From: Mobula hypostoma
Lineage: Eukaryota
Direction: 5' to 3'
DNA length: 64,000 nucleotides
Assembly (NCBI RefSeq): GCF_963921235.1
Contig: NC_086103.1
Span: forward strand, 72,850,001-72,914,000
Shown here: piece by piece, positions 13,379-26,587 of the stretch
Numbering within the stretch: the stretch's first letter is position 1
Layout of the letters: each line of letters starts with the position of its first letter
The notes under the pieces: generated by a model
What the model saw: only the letters and a program-made list of their open reading frames with translations
What the model was told of the DNA's origin: nothing
The model's database searches: none
Program-made: the position numbers and the translations under genes

Positions 13379-14022
13379 TGACGCAGCGCGCAGCGGCCAC
13401 TCTGGAATGAATATCTGTAATCTGTCAAGTAAGATGCCGTGTACAATCCTGATTTGATGGAGACGGACGTGAGAAGCACAGAGGAATATCTGGAGAAGCT
13501 TCTGAAATGCCTGTTTCACTGCCGCTGCTCCTGTGCGATCCAGAATCTCCAGAGGGGAAGGCCTCAAATCCTCAGCTTTGCCTGTTGCTTGGTGGCCGGG
13601 GCCGGGGTCGAAACGCTTGGCAAATGATGGTGGTCGGTGTCGGAGGCTCGAAGTTTTCGGACGGACTCAGAGTCGGCTGTGGTCGGGTGCTTCCAGGATG
13701 CTGCATTGGCAAGTTTGCGGCGCTGGAAGCTCATGGCAGGGAGAGTTTTTCTTCCTTCTACTGTCTGCGTGAGATGATGGGGCTATCGGGACTATGAGAC
13801 ACTTTTTTTTACCATGTCCATGGTTCTTTATCAAATAATGGTATTGCTTTGCACTGTTCTAACTATATGTTATAATTACGTGGTTTTTGTCAGTTTTAGT
13901 CTTGGTCTGTCTTGTGTTTCTGTAATATCATACTGGAGGAACATTGTATCATTTCTTAATGCATGCATTACTAAATGACAATAAACGAGGACCGAGCGTC
14001 CTCATAATTTAATCTAATCTAA
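13379..14022 (+). mobile_element. Non-autonomous LINE-tailed repeat (same family as 5609-6233)
   Basis: Interrupts the right LTR about 15 bp from its end; ends in aatctaatctaat. Confidence 0.75.
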
Positions 14023-16084
14023 TTAATCTGGGTTACATTTTGGTTGATTTATTTTAGTGACCATGTGTACCAGCATGAGGTGTGTTACTTGTGTAGCCCC
14101 TTTTGTACAAACGTGTACATTAAAGGATGCAGTAGGCCTTTATGTGATTCACTGCTTTAGCCTTCTGTTTAATACCATTGGCTTTGGCACAGACCTGAGT
14201 TTGTAGTATTTATATGGTTAGCCTTAATTTTCCATGTAAACCCGAGGCACTGATGCGCTTTATTATGTTGGTGTAGTAACTTTATCTAATGCACTTTATT
14301 CAGTCTGATGATATCTCAGGAACTGCATTTTATGTGAAATCTGACTTGCCTCTCTATGTACAATGTTTTTAACAAAACTGCTGTTTGTTAATAAAATTTG
14401 TTATAATTTAAACTGCCTGGTTGGACTGCCTGCCGTATAGGTGTACAGAACCTGTCTGTAATCCTGGGTGAGTGGTTACAGGTTGGCTCCGCCAGCTCTG
14501 GGTCTTAATTGCAGAAGGGGAGTCTATGGAGAGAGGCATGTTGATCTGCACAGTGCTTCAAGTTGTGGTGCTGAAATCAAGTTGTGGGACTAAAGCAGCG
14601 GCCACATGGAAGTCGGGTGAGTGGAACCACTGCAGGAGAGCTGCCGTCATCATTTCGGCACCAGTTTACTTATTCAGCTGCGTGGGGTACATTTATATAA
14701 ATTATGTGGTTTTATATATAAATATACATACATAAAATACATTTCGTTTTGTTTTTCTGGTCTATTTGTTTGCCACATATATAGAGAATGTCTAACACTG
14801 ATGTGTTGAAAAATTGCAAGCTCTTAGAGCAAGGGTACAGGCAGGTGAGGAAGCTATGATATAGTAGAGAGAAACAGAGGAAGCTTTGTTGCAGTTAGGG
14901 GAACAGTGACTGGCCTCTTCCTTGCCTTCCCCTCAGGTGACAGGCATGCCAGCAGGCAGGATGAATCCGCTCAGGCTAGGGAGTGTGCTCTATATTTGCT
15001 GAAAGAGAGAAAGTGTAGGGTTTTCTCTGGGGATTCCGGTGCTGTGTATTACGAGTGGCTAGATGACCTGATTTCAGTGTTAAGCCTTCGTCCCTTTTCT
15101 AGTGTACAAAAGGCAGCCTACATTTATGAATATTTAGGAGGGCAGGCAAGGCAGGGGACCAAGTATCGCCCATCATTCAAGTGGTCAGAACCTGAACGCA
15201 TATTGGAGATCCTTAGAGATATATGGGCAGTAGTACAATGATTTTGTTCTGCGTGACCAATTTACTCGACAATAAGTTTGTGGTCCTGACAGATAACAAC
15301 CCTTTGAGTCATCTGCAGACCGCAAGATAGAGCTGCAGAGCTTACTGGATTTGACTTCCAGATTATTTACTGTACTGGCCGTCAGAATGCAGCTGCAGAT
15401 GCCCTGTCAAGGCAGCACTTGGGACTTACCTCTTCTGAAGGTTTGGCCATGGACTGACTACCTTCCTGAGGCTTATGGCACTCCTTTGGCCCATTGTCTG
15501 GTAGCAGTCAATGAAGAGCAAGTGACAACCCCGGGTTTAGACTTGGAGGAAACCAACAGCTTCCCCACCATGTATTACCCAGTTGAGCGCCGATAAATCA
15601 GTGTATACAGAAGAATCCGTGGATTCCTCACAGCCCCCTAGAAATCTCCATCATTCTGAACTTCGACCATGCAGCAATGGCAATGAAGGACAAAGGGCAA
15701 CCAGAGAATCTTGCACTGAGTGGGTCGCTATTGTGCCAAAGAGTAATGAAGAGACAGACTTTGAGAGTGTAGTGTGTCTCCAGGCTCCCTATGGGACAGA
15801 GAATGTATGGCAGGTAACAGCTCAGTGCTAGATCCATTAGGATATGAGAGCTCTGGGCAGGAGGAGCAGGACTCCTCAGGGTCCGAAGAGGAGGGAGGGA
15901 GAGAAGGCTCCCCAGTGCCCCCTACACCCGTTTCCCCCCCCCACCAGAAATCGAAGCGTACCACTGCTGGCATCCATTACAATCAATTCAACTTATCGAG
16001 GTCTGTCATCCGTCTCCAAAGTGGAGAGAGTGGGGCTGCATGAGGTAGTGCATAGTAGTAACTATAGGGAGGTCGTCATAATAC

Positions 16085-17490
16085 TGTGACGCTCTGGGGA
16101 GCTAGCCGAGGCGGAGAAGGCAGAAGCAATTTTAGTCCCCCCATTGTGGTCCAGCATCGCCCCGCAGGCAGCGAGACCGAGGTTGTGTCACCGACACTGA
16201 AGAGGAAACTGACGTGGAGGAGCCCGTGAGACAGGTCCGACCACTGCCGCGGGCCACGAAACGATCTCGGCTACCGCTGCGGTGAGGCAGGTCATTTGGC
16301 CCGGGACTGCCCCGTACCGGCACCACAGCTCAAGGCAGCCATTGGGAAATACCGACCGGGCATTGCCATCCGAGACCTCAAGCAGAATCCCTCCGCTATA
16401 GCCCCTCCGGGTGGGCCGTTTAGTTGAAGAGCAGGGCTCATACGTGGACTGCATAGGGGAGGGCATCAGGTGCCGTGTGTTGGTGGACACGAGGTCAACC
16501 ATCACCATCATCCGTCCCGGTGTTCTCCCTAACACGGACCAGCCTTCCCCACCTGGGTGAACAACAACGGCGGTCCAACTGGCTATGGTCACCCACGACT
16601 GTACGGCGTTGCGAGGGAAGGGGATGCTGCGCATCGCAGTGGGGAAAACTCAGCGGAGCACGAGGTGTGGCTTCCCGACATCCGAGAATCCTGCGTCATT
16701 GGCCTGGGCCTGCTGTCCCACTGGGGCGTCCGTGTAAATGTGTTGGGGGCAACAGTCTACCTCTTTGCCGAAGCCATGGCTGTTCGGCAGGGCAGAGGTC
16801 TCTGCCCTGTATCCAGAGACCAAAGCCCTGTACTCGCAGTGGGGAACGCTGGAGGTCCACGACGGGTTGCTGTTCCAGCGGTGGCAGTTGTCCAACAGTG
16901 ACAGACACTCTTTCAGCCAGTGGTCCCCCAGGGGCTCCTCGCCACGATGCTGAGATCGGTGCATGGGTTGGTCGGGGTGGCCATCTCGGAGTTGCAAAGA
17001 TGTTGGGCAGGCTGCATGAACGCTTTTACTGGCCTGGGTACAGGCGGGACGTGGAGCTGTTTGCACTTCTGCAATGCTTGCGTGTCCTAGAAGGGACTGG
17101 GCCGCCAGTCTAGGGCGCCAATGCAGCAGTACCTGGTGGGGGCCCCTCTCGGAAGAAAGGACGATCCCCCAGGCTGGGAAGCCACTGGAAGGGGCCAGGA
17201 GAGGTGCTTGACAGCCTCTCCGATGTGGTATATCAGGTGCGGTTGCCTGAGCGGCGGAAGGCAGTCGTGCTGCACCGGGACCGGCTGACACCGTGTCAGC
17301 TCTTGGCCACCGCTGACCCAGTGAGGCTGAAGGAAGGAAGTGACACTCCAGGTGTCCTGCCTCCTGCCTCACACGAACAGACGGCAGTGTCGATGCCACT
17401 GAGACTTTTGGACATTGTCATGGACCCTGGGGTTGCCGATGACGGCTGACCCCTCGGGTGGGAACAGTGTGACGCTCTGGGGGAGGCATG
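16085..17490 (+). mobile_element. Highly deleted Gypsy element (knuckle, protease, integrase pieces)
   Basis: TGTGACGCTCTGGGG LTR starts at 16085 and 17468, with purine tract GGGTGGGAACAG before the second. YRCGEAGHLARDCP knuckle (about 16270-16320), CRVLVDTRSTITI protease (about 16470-16510), GGHLGVAKMLGRLHERFYWPGYRRDV integrase (ORF 16475..17113). Confidence 0.8.
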
Positions 17491-17499
17491 GTTGACAAC

Positions 17500-20400
17500 A
17501 TAGAAACATAGAAACCCTACAGCACAATACAGGCCCTTGAGCCCACAAAGATGTGCCGAACATGTCCCTGCCTTAGTAATTACCAGGCTTACCCATAGCC
17601 CTCTATTTTTCTAAGCTCCTTGTACCGATCCAAAAGTTTCTTAAAAGACCCTATCGTATCTGCCTCCACCACCATTACCGGCAGCCCATTCCACGCACTG
17701 ACAACTCTCTGCGTAAAAAAAAACTTACCCCTGACATCTCCTCTGTACCTACTCCCAAGCACCTTAAACCTGTGTCTTCTGGTGGCAACCATTTCAGCCC
17801 TGGGAAAAAGCCTCTGACTATCCACACAATCGATGCCTCTCATCATCTTAAACACCTCTATCAGGTCACCTCTCATCTTCCGTCGCTCCAAGGAGAAAAG
17901 GCCAAGTTCACTCAACCTACTCTCATAAGGCATGCTCCCTAATCCAGGCAACAGCATTGTAAATCTCCTCTGCACCCTTTCTATGGCTTCCACATCCTTC
18001 CTGTAGTGAGGCAACCAGAACTAAGTACAGTACTCCAAGGGGGGTCTGACCAGGGCCCTATATAGCTGCAACATTACCTCTTGGCTCCTAAATTCAATTC
18101 CACGATTGATGAAGACCAATACACCATATGTCTTCTTAACCACAGAGTCAACTTGCGCAGGTACTTTGAGTGTCCTATCGACTCGGACCCCAAGATCCCT
18201 CTGATCCTCCACACTGCCAAGAGTCTTACCATTAATACTATATTCTGCCATCATATTTGACCTACCAAAATGAACCACTTCACACTCATCTGGGATGAAC
18301 TCTATCTACCACTTCTCAGCCCAGTTTTGCATCGTATCAATGTCCCGCTGTAACCTCTGACAGCCCTCCACACTATCCATAACACCTCCAACCTTTGTGT
18401 CATCAGCAAACTTACTAACCCATCCCTCCACTTCCTCATCCAGGTCATTTAGAAAAATCCACGAAAAGTAAGGGTCCCAGAATAGATCTCTGAGGCACAG
18501 CACTGGTCACTGACCTCCATGCAGAATATGACCCGTCTACAACCACTCTTTGCCTTCTATGGGCAAGCCAGTTCTGGATCCACAAAGCAATGTCCCCTTG
18601 GATCCCATGCCCCCTTACTTTCTCAATAAGCCTTGTATGGGGTACCTTATCAAATGCTTCGCTGAAATCTATATACGTTACATCTACTGCTCTTCTTTCA
18701 TCAATGTGTTTAGTCACATCCTCAAAAAATTCAATCAAGGTCGTAAGGCATGACCTTCCCTTGACAAAGCCATGCTGACTATTCTTAATTGTATGATACC
18801 TCTCCAAATGTTCATAAATCCTGCCTCTCAGGATCTTCTCTATCGACTTACCAATCACTGAGGTAAGACTCACCGGTCTATAATTTCTTGGGATATCTCA
18901 ACTCCCTTTCTTGAATAAGGAAACAACATCTGCAACCCTCCAATCCTCCGGATCCTCTCTAGTCCCCATTGATGATACAAAGATCATCGCCAGAGCCTCA
19001 GCAATCTCTTCCCTCGCCTCCCACAGTAGCCTGGGGAACATCACATCCTGCTCCGGTGACTTATCCAACTTGATGCTTTCCAAAAGCTCCAGCACATCCA
19101 CTTTCCTAATATCTACATGCTCAAGCTTTTCAGTCCATTGCAAGTTATCTCTACAATCACCAAGATCCTTTTCCATAGTGAATACTGAAGTAAAGTATTC
19201 ATTAGGTACCTCTGCTATTTCCTCTGGTTCCATACACACTTTCCCACTGTCACACTTGATAGGTCCTATTCTTTCACATCTTATCCTCTTGCTCTTCACA
19301 TACTTGTAGAATGCCTTGGAGTTTTCCTTAATCCTACCTGCCAAGGCCTTCTCATGGCCCTTTCTGGCTCTCCTAATTTCCTTCTTAAGCTCCTTCTTGT
19401 TAGCCTTATAATCTTCTAGATCTCTAACATTACCTAGATCTCTGAACCTTTTGCAAGCTTTTCTTTCCTTCTTGACTAGATTTATTACAGTCTTTATACA
19501 CCATGGCTCCTGTATCCTACCATAACTTACTTCCCTGTCTCATTAGAACGTACTTATGCAGAATTCCACACAAATATCTCCTGAACATTTGCCACATTTT
19601 TCCGTGCTTTTCCCTGAGAACATCTGTTCCCAATTTAAGCTTCCAATTTCCTGCCTGATAGCCTGATAATTCACCTTAATCCAATTAAACGCTTTTCTCC
19701 CACTGTGAGATCTGACACCTAACCAGGTTCATTTCCCAATACCAAATCAAGTACAGTTTCTCCTCTTGTAGGCTTATCTACATACTGTGTCAAGAAACCT
19801 TCCTGAACACACCTAACAAACTCCACCCCATCTAAACCCCTTTATTTATGGAGATACCAATCAGTATTTGGGAAATTAAAATCTCCCATCACAACTCTGT
19901 TATTATTACACCTTTCCAAGATCTGTATCCCTTTCTGCTCCTCGATATCCCTGTTACTACTGGGCAGCCTATGAAATACACCCAGTAAAGTTATTGACCC
20001 CTTCCTTTTCCTGACCTCCACCCACAGAGACTCCGTAGACAATCCCTCCACGACGTCCACCTTTTCTGCAGCTGTGACACTATTTCTTATCAACAGTGCC
20101 ATGCTCCCGCCTCTTTTGCCTCCCTCCCTGTCCTTTCTGAAACATCTAAAACCCAGCACTTGAAGTAACCATTCCTGTCCCTGAGCCATCCAAGTCTCTG
20201 TAATGGCCACCACATCACAGCTCCAAGTACTGATCCACGCTTTAAGCTCATCTGCTTTGCTCACAATACTCCTTGTGTTAAAATAGACACTTCCCAAACC
20301 ATTGGTCTGAGTGCGTCCCTTCTCTATCACCTGCCTATCCTCCCTCACACGCTGTCTCCAAGGTTTCTCTATTTGTGAGCCAACCGCCTCTTCCCCACTC

Positions 20401-21150
20401 TCTTCAGCTCAGTTCCCACCCCACAACGATTCTAGATTAAACTCTCCCCAGTAGCCTTAGCAACTTCCCCGCCAGGATATTGGTCCCCCTGGGATTCCAG
20501 TGCAACCTGTCCTTTTTGTACAGGTCACACCTGCCCCAAAAGAGATCCCAATGATCCAGAAATCTGAATCCCTGCCCCCTGCTCCAATCCCTCTGTCACG
20601 CATTTATCCTCCACCTCATTCTATTCCTATACTCACTGTCGCGTGGCACAGGCAGTAATCCCAAGATCACTACCTTTGCGGTCCTGCTTCTCAACTTCCT
20701 TCCTATCCCCCTGTAGTCTGTTTTCAGGACCTCCTCCCTTTTCCTGTCTATGTCATTGGTACCAATATGTGCTATGACCTCTGGCTGTTCTCCTTCCCAC
20801 TGCAGGATTTCTTGGATGTGAGCTGAAACATCCCAGACCCTGGCACCTGGGAGGCAAACTACCATCCAAGTTTCTTTCCTGTGTCCACAGAATCACCTGT
20901 CTGACCCCCTATCTATAGAGTCCCCTATCACTGCTGTCTTCCTCTTCCTTTCCCTGCCCTTCTGAGCCACAGGGCCAGACTCTGTGCCAGAGGTGTGGCC
21001 ACTGTTGCTTTCCCCAGGTAGGCTGCCCCCCGCAACAGTACTCAAACAGGAGTACTTATTGTCAAGGGGTATAGCCACAGGGGTACTCTCTAGTACCTGA
21101 CTCTTGCCCCTCCCTCTCCTGACTGTTACCCACTTGTCTGTCTCCTGGTG
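17500..21150 (-). mobile_element. Near full-length degraded CR1 LINE with SGNH-esterase ORF1
   Basis: RT ORFs 17589-19344, endonuclease ORF 19842..20348 (YFNTRSI..CDVVAITETW..GDFNFP), esterase pieces 20596-21078 (VIGDSIDRG, CLPGARV, HIGTNDI). Confidence 0.92.
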
Positions 21151-22414
21151 GGAAGTTCCCAGTTCATTTATTGTTACATTTTAGCTTGGATTATACAGTT
21201 ATTCACTTGGGTATTTGTGGCTCACTCTAACTGTAACCAGCGTGTGTGATAGTCACCTCCCCCGTCTGTATGAGATGCTCGGGTTCACTCTCCAGGTCAC
21301 GATACCCGGTTTGTTTGTGTTTATCACAATAAAGCGGTTATTGAGATACCAAGCTTCTTCATCTGTCATCATGGACCAAATGCTCGCCACAATACGATTT
21401 GCAGCCAATAGTGTAAATGACTATCAATGGGACACTGATCATTTTCGTGGGAATGTAGCCAGGCAGAACAGAGAATTGTACCTGTTGTTTCTGACAGGAG
21501 AGAAAAAGCGTTGATCCTTCCCAGTCCCCACATGTGTTTGGGCCATCGTCTAGTCTATAAAGGGGAAGTAAGTTGGCAGCATTGCTGATCCTTTTGGTTG
21601 ATTTATTTTAGTGATCATGTGTACCTGCCTGAGGTGTGTTACTTATGCAGCTCCTTTTGTACATTGTAGAACTGATTTCAACCAATGTGTAAAAGGCAAC
21701 AAGCTGTGCAAGTACTAAAGAAGAAAAAGACAGAATAATAATAAATAAATAAGCAATAAATATTGAGAAAATGAGTTGTTCTGTCCTTGAAAATGAGTCC
21801 ATAGTTAGTGGGAACTGTTCAGTGATGGGGCGAGTGAAGTTGAGTTGAGTTGAGTTGTCACCTCTGGTCCAAGAGCCTGATAATTGTGGGGTAATAACTG
21901 TTCCTGAACCTGGTATTGTGAAACTCCTGTAAGCTTTTCCTGATGGCACCCCTCTTTGCAATCTGATAGTGCTTGTGCTTTAAAGCTGAAAATTTGTAGC
22001 CAACTAAGCTAATTAAAAACAATTGTATTTCAAAGTTTAATTGCCAGAATGGATAAATCACTTCAACAAGACCATACACCAGGTTACGTATAAACAGTTA
22101 TCATCACTATACCTGTTGATCAGTCCCACGTATCAATTAAATAGTCCACTTTCCCTTCCTTCCACAGAGACTCTTAGGTAAAAGTAGCAGCCATCGCTAT
22201 ACCTAGGCAAATAGACTAACTAGGTCACCGTCTCATAATCTGCATAATCTGCATAATTTACTCAACCTAGGCCAACCCAATAAAGGTCATGCATAAAATT
22301 CCTGCTGCCAGCTCATTGTTATCTTCACACCGGCCAGCTCTGACTGCAATGTTCATAATTTTTTTTTGTGTCAGCAGAGGATGCAATTTTATGAGGGGCA
22401 AGTACCAGCAAGTA

Positions 22415-22865
22415 CTACCTCCATGTCTGTGTCCTGCGTTTCGGTTCACCCCTTCCACTGCAACAGTTGAATGCACGGTCAATTTCACCATTTAAGAGAA
22501 ATTTGGATAGGTGCATGGGTGGGAGGGCTAAGGTGCCAGTGCCGGTTGATGGGACCAGGCTGATTAATATTTTGGCTGAGACTGGATGGGCCAAGGAGCC
22601 TATTTCTTTGCTGTAGTGTTCTATAACTCTATGAGTTGTAACATCCTGGAGATAGCTATGAATAGAAACTGGAAAGCAGAGAGGAATTCATTAACATTAA
22701 TATTACATCACTCTGAGCAGACATTTGTGGTGCAGTTGCTGTATTTGCGTTCTCACCTGTCCCACCCTGTTGCCTCCTCATGATGTATCCCCACAGCCCG
22801 TCCAGGGGATAGAGGGCATCTTTTCTGTTTCCCATCTCAGTCAAAACCTCTCTGTTCTGTCTGAC
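22415..22865 (+). repeat. Local ~450-bp duplication of 24424-24880
   Basis: Colinear near-identity, including the last ~50 bp of the solo LTR and its flank. Confidence 0.8.
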
Positions 22866-23384
22866 TGTACCTCTTCCTAGAGATGCTGCCTGGACTGCTG
22901 CGTTCACCAGCAACTTTGATGTGTGTTGCTTGAATTTCCAGCATCTGCAGAATTCCTGTTGTACTGAGTACAGGAGTTGGGATGTCACGTTGAAGTTGTA
23001 AACGATGTTGGTGAGGCCTAACTTGGAGAATTGTGTGCAGTGCTGGTCACCTACTTGCAGGAAAGATGTCAATAAGTTGGAAAGAATGCAGAGAAAATTT
23101 ACAAGGATGTTGCAAGGACTTGAGGACCTGATTTAAAGGCAAAGGTTGAATAGGTTAAGACTTCATTTCCTAGAACATAGAAGAATGAGAGGAAATTTAT
23201 TAGAGGTATACAAAGGGGGATAGATAGGGCAAGCAAGCTTTCTTTCCACTGAGGTTGGGTGAGACTGCAACGAGAGGTCATGCATTAAGGGTGAAAGGTG
23301 AAATGTTTAAGGAGAACATAAGGGGGAACTCCTTCATTCTGAGGGTGGTGATAGTGTGGAACATGGTAGCAGCACATGTGTTGG

Positions 23385-24474
23385 TGTCACGATCCCGAGC
23401 GTTAATTCCTCTTATTATCCCAATTCCCTTTTCCCCGTGTTCTCCTGTGCTCCTTCATTGCAGCACATGATTCTCTTCTAAACCTGCTGCATAAAAACCC
23501 CGGCTTTGCATCCACTCGTAGCAAGACTGTTGCTTCAGCCTGTGCAGTAATTCAGGTTCCCAGCCGCTTAGAATGGTGCATTCTAAGTAATAATTCAGTA
23601 GCGAGGTTTACCTGTGTAACTGTGTCTGTCTGTGTCAAGATAAGTATTCTAAGTTATACTTCTGTACAGAGGATTACATGGAAGCTCTGTCTCTCTGCGT
23701 CAAGATAAGGATTCTAAGTTATACTTCAGTACCGAGGTTTACCTGTGTAGCTCCGTCTCTCCGTGTTAACATAAGTATTGTCTGCCGCTTGCCTTTCTAC
23801 GTTCTGTGTCAAGATAAGTGTTGCCTGCCGCCTGTCTCCTGTTTGCCGTTCAGCTCCAGCAACTCCCTGTGTCAAGAAAAGTTTTGCCTGCCTCCTGCTC
23901 CTCCGTTCACCTGCGCGGTTTTGCCTGTGTTAATTCTGACTCTCAACCGCTTAGAATTGTTTATTCTAAGTGTTGTTTCAGCACTGTTTGCCGGTGTTAA
24001 TCCTGTCTCTCAACCACTTAGAATTGTGTATTCGAAGTTCACTTCCCGCGCTGTTTTCCAGTGTTAAACCTGTCTCTCAACCACCAAGAACTGTGTATTC
24101 CAAGTTCTGTTTCTGTGCTGTTTGCCTGTGTTAACTCTGTCTCTCCGTGTTAATAGCAGCATTGCACGCTGCCTGTCTTCCCGTTCATCTTACCACCTGC
24201 TGCTCTCCTCAAAGCCACGCTCGCACCCTGATCCACATCCCTGCTCTGCCTCATTCCGCCGCCCGCCTACACTCTCTGTTGGCCCGATGGTTAAATGCCA
24301 CGATCTCACAATAACGACCTGGGTTCGATCCCCAGCCAAGCCTTCCTCACTCCTCGGCTTCCCTCTGCCTAATCCTCCCTCCCCGGCCTTCCCTATAACC
24401 GTTAATAAACATTTTAGATTACTCTACCTCAGTGTCTGTGTCCTGCGTTTGGGTTCACCCCTTCCACTGCAACA
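23385..24474 (+). mobile_element. Solo LTR (Gypsy, related to the LTRs at 33183-35323)
   Basis: TGTCA..CAACA termini, 5-bp TSD GTTGG (23380-84 / 24475-79), AATAAA near 3' end, internal short tandem repeats. Confidence 0.85.
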
Positions 24475-25919
24475 GTTGGATGCGCAGTCAATTTCACCAT
24501 TTAAGAGAAACTTGGATAGGTGCATGGGTGGGAGGTCTAAGGTGCCAGTGCCGGTTGATGGGACCAGGCTGATTAATATTTTGGCTGAGACTGGATGGGC
24601 CAAGGAGCCTATTTCTTTGCTGTAGTATTCTGTAACTCTATGAGTTGTAACATCCTGGAAATAGCTATAAATATAAACTGGAAAGCAGGGAGGAATTCAT
24701 TAACATTAACGTTAACATTACATCACTCTGAGCAGACACTTGTGGTGCGGTTGCTGCATTTGCGTTCTCACCTGTCCCACCCTGTTGCCTCCTCATGATG
24801 TATCCCCACAGCCCGTCCGGAGCATAGAGGGCCTCTTTTCTGTTTCCCATCTCAGTCACAGCCTCTCATGTTCTGTCTGAAAATAGCCCAAACTTGTTCT
24901 CTTGTGTCAGGATATCTTTGTAACAAGCTGCAACCACAGTGCACTTTCTGCTTTCTAATAAATATGAGTGTGAGTGTACCTGATGAGTCCATCTCCTGCT
25001 TGACCCAATGATAGATGAGTGTTGACTGCCTCCAGATAATGGGGATGGGGCACAGGGGACAGCAGGTGAGAAGCAGAAAGTGATATTGGTGGTGGTTTGA
25101 CTGTTTAAAGGTAAGATGTTGGTGAACTTCCCAGTGCCATCATTTTCAGACACGGTTTGTTATGAAGACACAACGAAAACATGGAAGAGAGATGTGCCTT
25201 TGGGTATTTACAAATTTAGCATTTATAACTAGGGACTGAGTGAAACATTTTGTCAATGTTTGCTAACGTTAATGAGATACATGGAAATATAATGAGGGTT
25301 GTGGGTGTAGTGTATGTGTGGAGAGAATTCAAGCAGAACCACATGAGGTCTTGTAATGAATATTCACGGGAATGAATCGAACAACCACCAGGATAGAGAA
25401 GGAGCCTGAAAATGTGGAACCGGGAAGCAAGGCTACTGAAGGTACATGGAATGTGGTCTCATTCCCGATCATTGGGAAACCATTCTGTTATACAGGATTA
25501 AAGTTGGTGTGGTCACCAGTGACATGGGTATTGGGGCAGGCTGTTTTACTGGGGCCCAGCCTCTGTATGCCCGGGGCTGCAGTGGTTACTTGATGGGTCA
25601 CATTGTCGGGCTGCTGGTCCCTGCAGAAAGTAACTGCTGACAAAGATTGTGATTCCTTATTACCATGGCAGCTATAGGGGCAAATGTGGGAGGGAGTAGA
25701 AATCCCCTCAAAACAGATGCTGGGGAAATGCAAACAACTTCTATCAGCAATTGGGATTAGAATGATTAGCTGGATTGGATTTGTCATGCTTTATCCGGAC
25801 AAGACATATCTAGCCAATTATCCACATCGTTAGGTGGGTGTCAGAGTTGTAAATTTACTGCAGCGGACCAGAGGGAGGAGTGTTTAGTTCTGGAGTGGAC
25901 TTTTTTTTTAGAGGAGGGA

Positions 25920-26587
25920 GGGAGGAGAAGATGGGAGCGTGACGCAGCTCACAGTAGCCACTCCGGTGGTGATATCTGTTATCTGTCAAGTAGGGTGCCG
26001 TGCATAATTTTGATTTGATGGAGACAGACGTGAGAGCACGGCGAAACATCTGGTGAAACTTCTTAAATGCCTGCTTCGCTGCCGCTGCTGGTGTGTGATC
26101 CAGAATCTCCAAAGGGGAAGGCCCTGAGACCTCGGCTTTGCTTGTTGCTTGGCAGCCGGGGAGGGGTTGAAGCGCTCGGCAGAGGATGGTGCTCGGTGCT
26201 CGGTGTCGGAGGGGCTGGTCGGATGCTCGAAGCTTTCAGATGAACTCAGAGTCGGCTGCGGTCGGGTGCTTCCAATGCAGCGGCAAGTTTGCAGTGCTTG
26301 GAGGTTCATGGCAGGAAGAGTTTCTCCCTTCTACCGTCTGTGTGAGATGATGGGGCTATCGGGACTTGAGACCTTTTTTTACTGTGCCCATGGTCTGCTC
26401 TTTATCAAATTATGGTATTACTTTGCACTGTTGTAACTATATGTTATAATTATGTGGTTTTGTCAGTTTGAGTCTTGGTTTGTCCTGTGTTTCTGTGATA
26501 TCTTCCTGGCGGAACATTGTATCATTTTTAATGCATTATTTCTAAATGATAATAAATGAGGATTGAGTGTCCTCATAATCTAATCTA
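25920..26587 (+). mobile_element. Non-autonomous LINE-tailed repeat (third copy)
   Basis: Homologous to 13379-14022; ends cctcataatctaatctaat. Confidence 0.75.

Larger units (their letters stand above)
5280..14037 (-). mobile_element. Gypsy LTR retrotransposon (PNMA-like gag, CCHC knuckle, integrase), RT/RNase H deleted
   Basis: Two homologous LTRs TGTAAC..GTTACA (5280-7115, 11539-14037); 4-bp TSD TTTT; PPT AAAAGGGGAGGA (7116-7127, minus); PBS-like TGGCGAG..CCAGGA next to 11538. Gag ORFs 10759-11532, CFKCGEDGHIDSAC in 9298..9681, integrase zinc finger HNDFGH..FY.PKM..C in 8693..8896. Confidence 0.88.
5137..21662 (+). mobile_element. Outer, heavily deleted Gypsy LTR element hosting several nested insertions
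   Basis: 5' LTR starts TGTAGCC at 5137, is split by the inner Gypsy and ends GGTTACA at 14480. The homologous 3' LTR starts TGTAGCC at 21454 and is truncated about 21662. Internal remnants: PNMA-like gag (ORF 14906..15241, RVFSG..EWL) and RNase H end (FQIIYCTGRQNAAADALSR, about 15350-15415). Confidence 0.65.
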
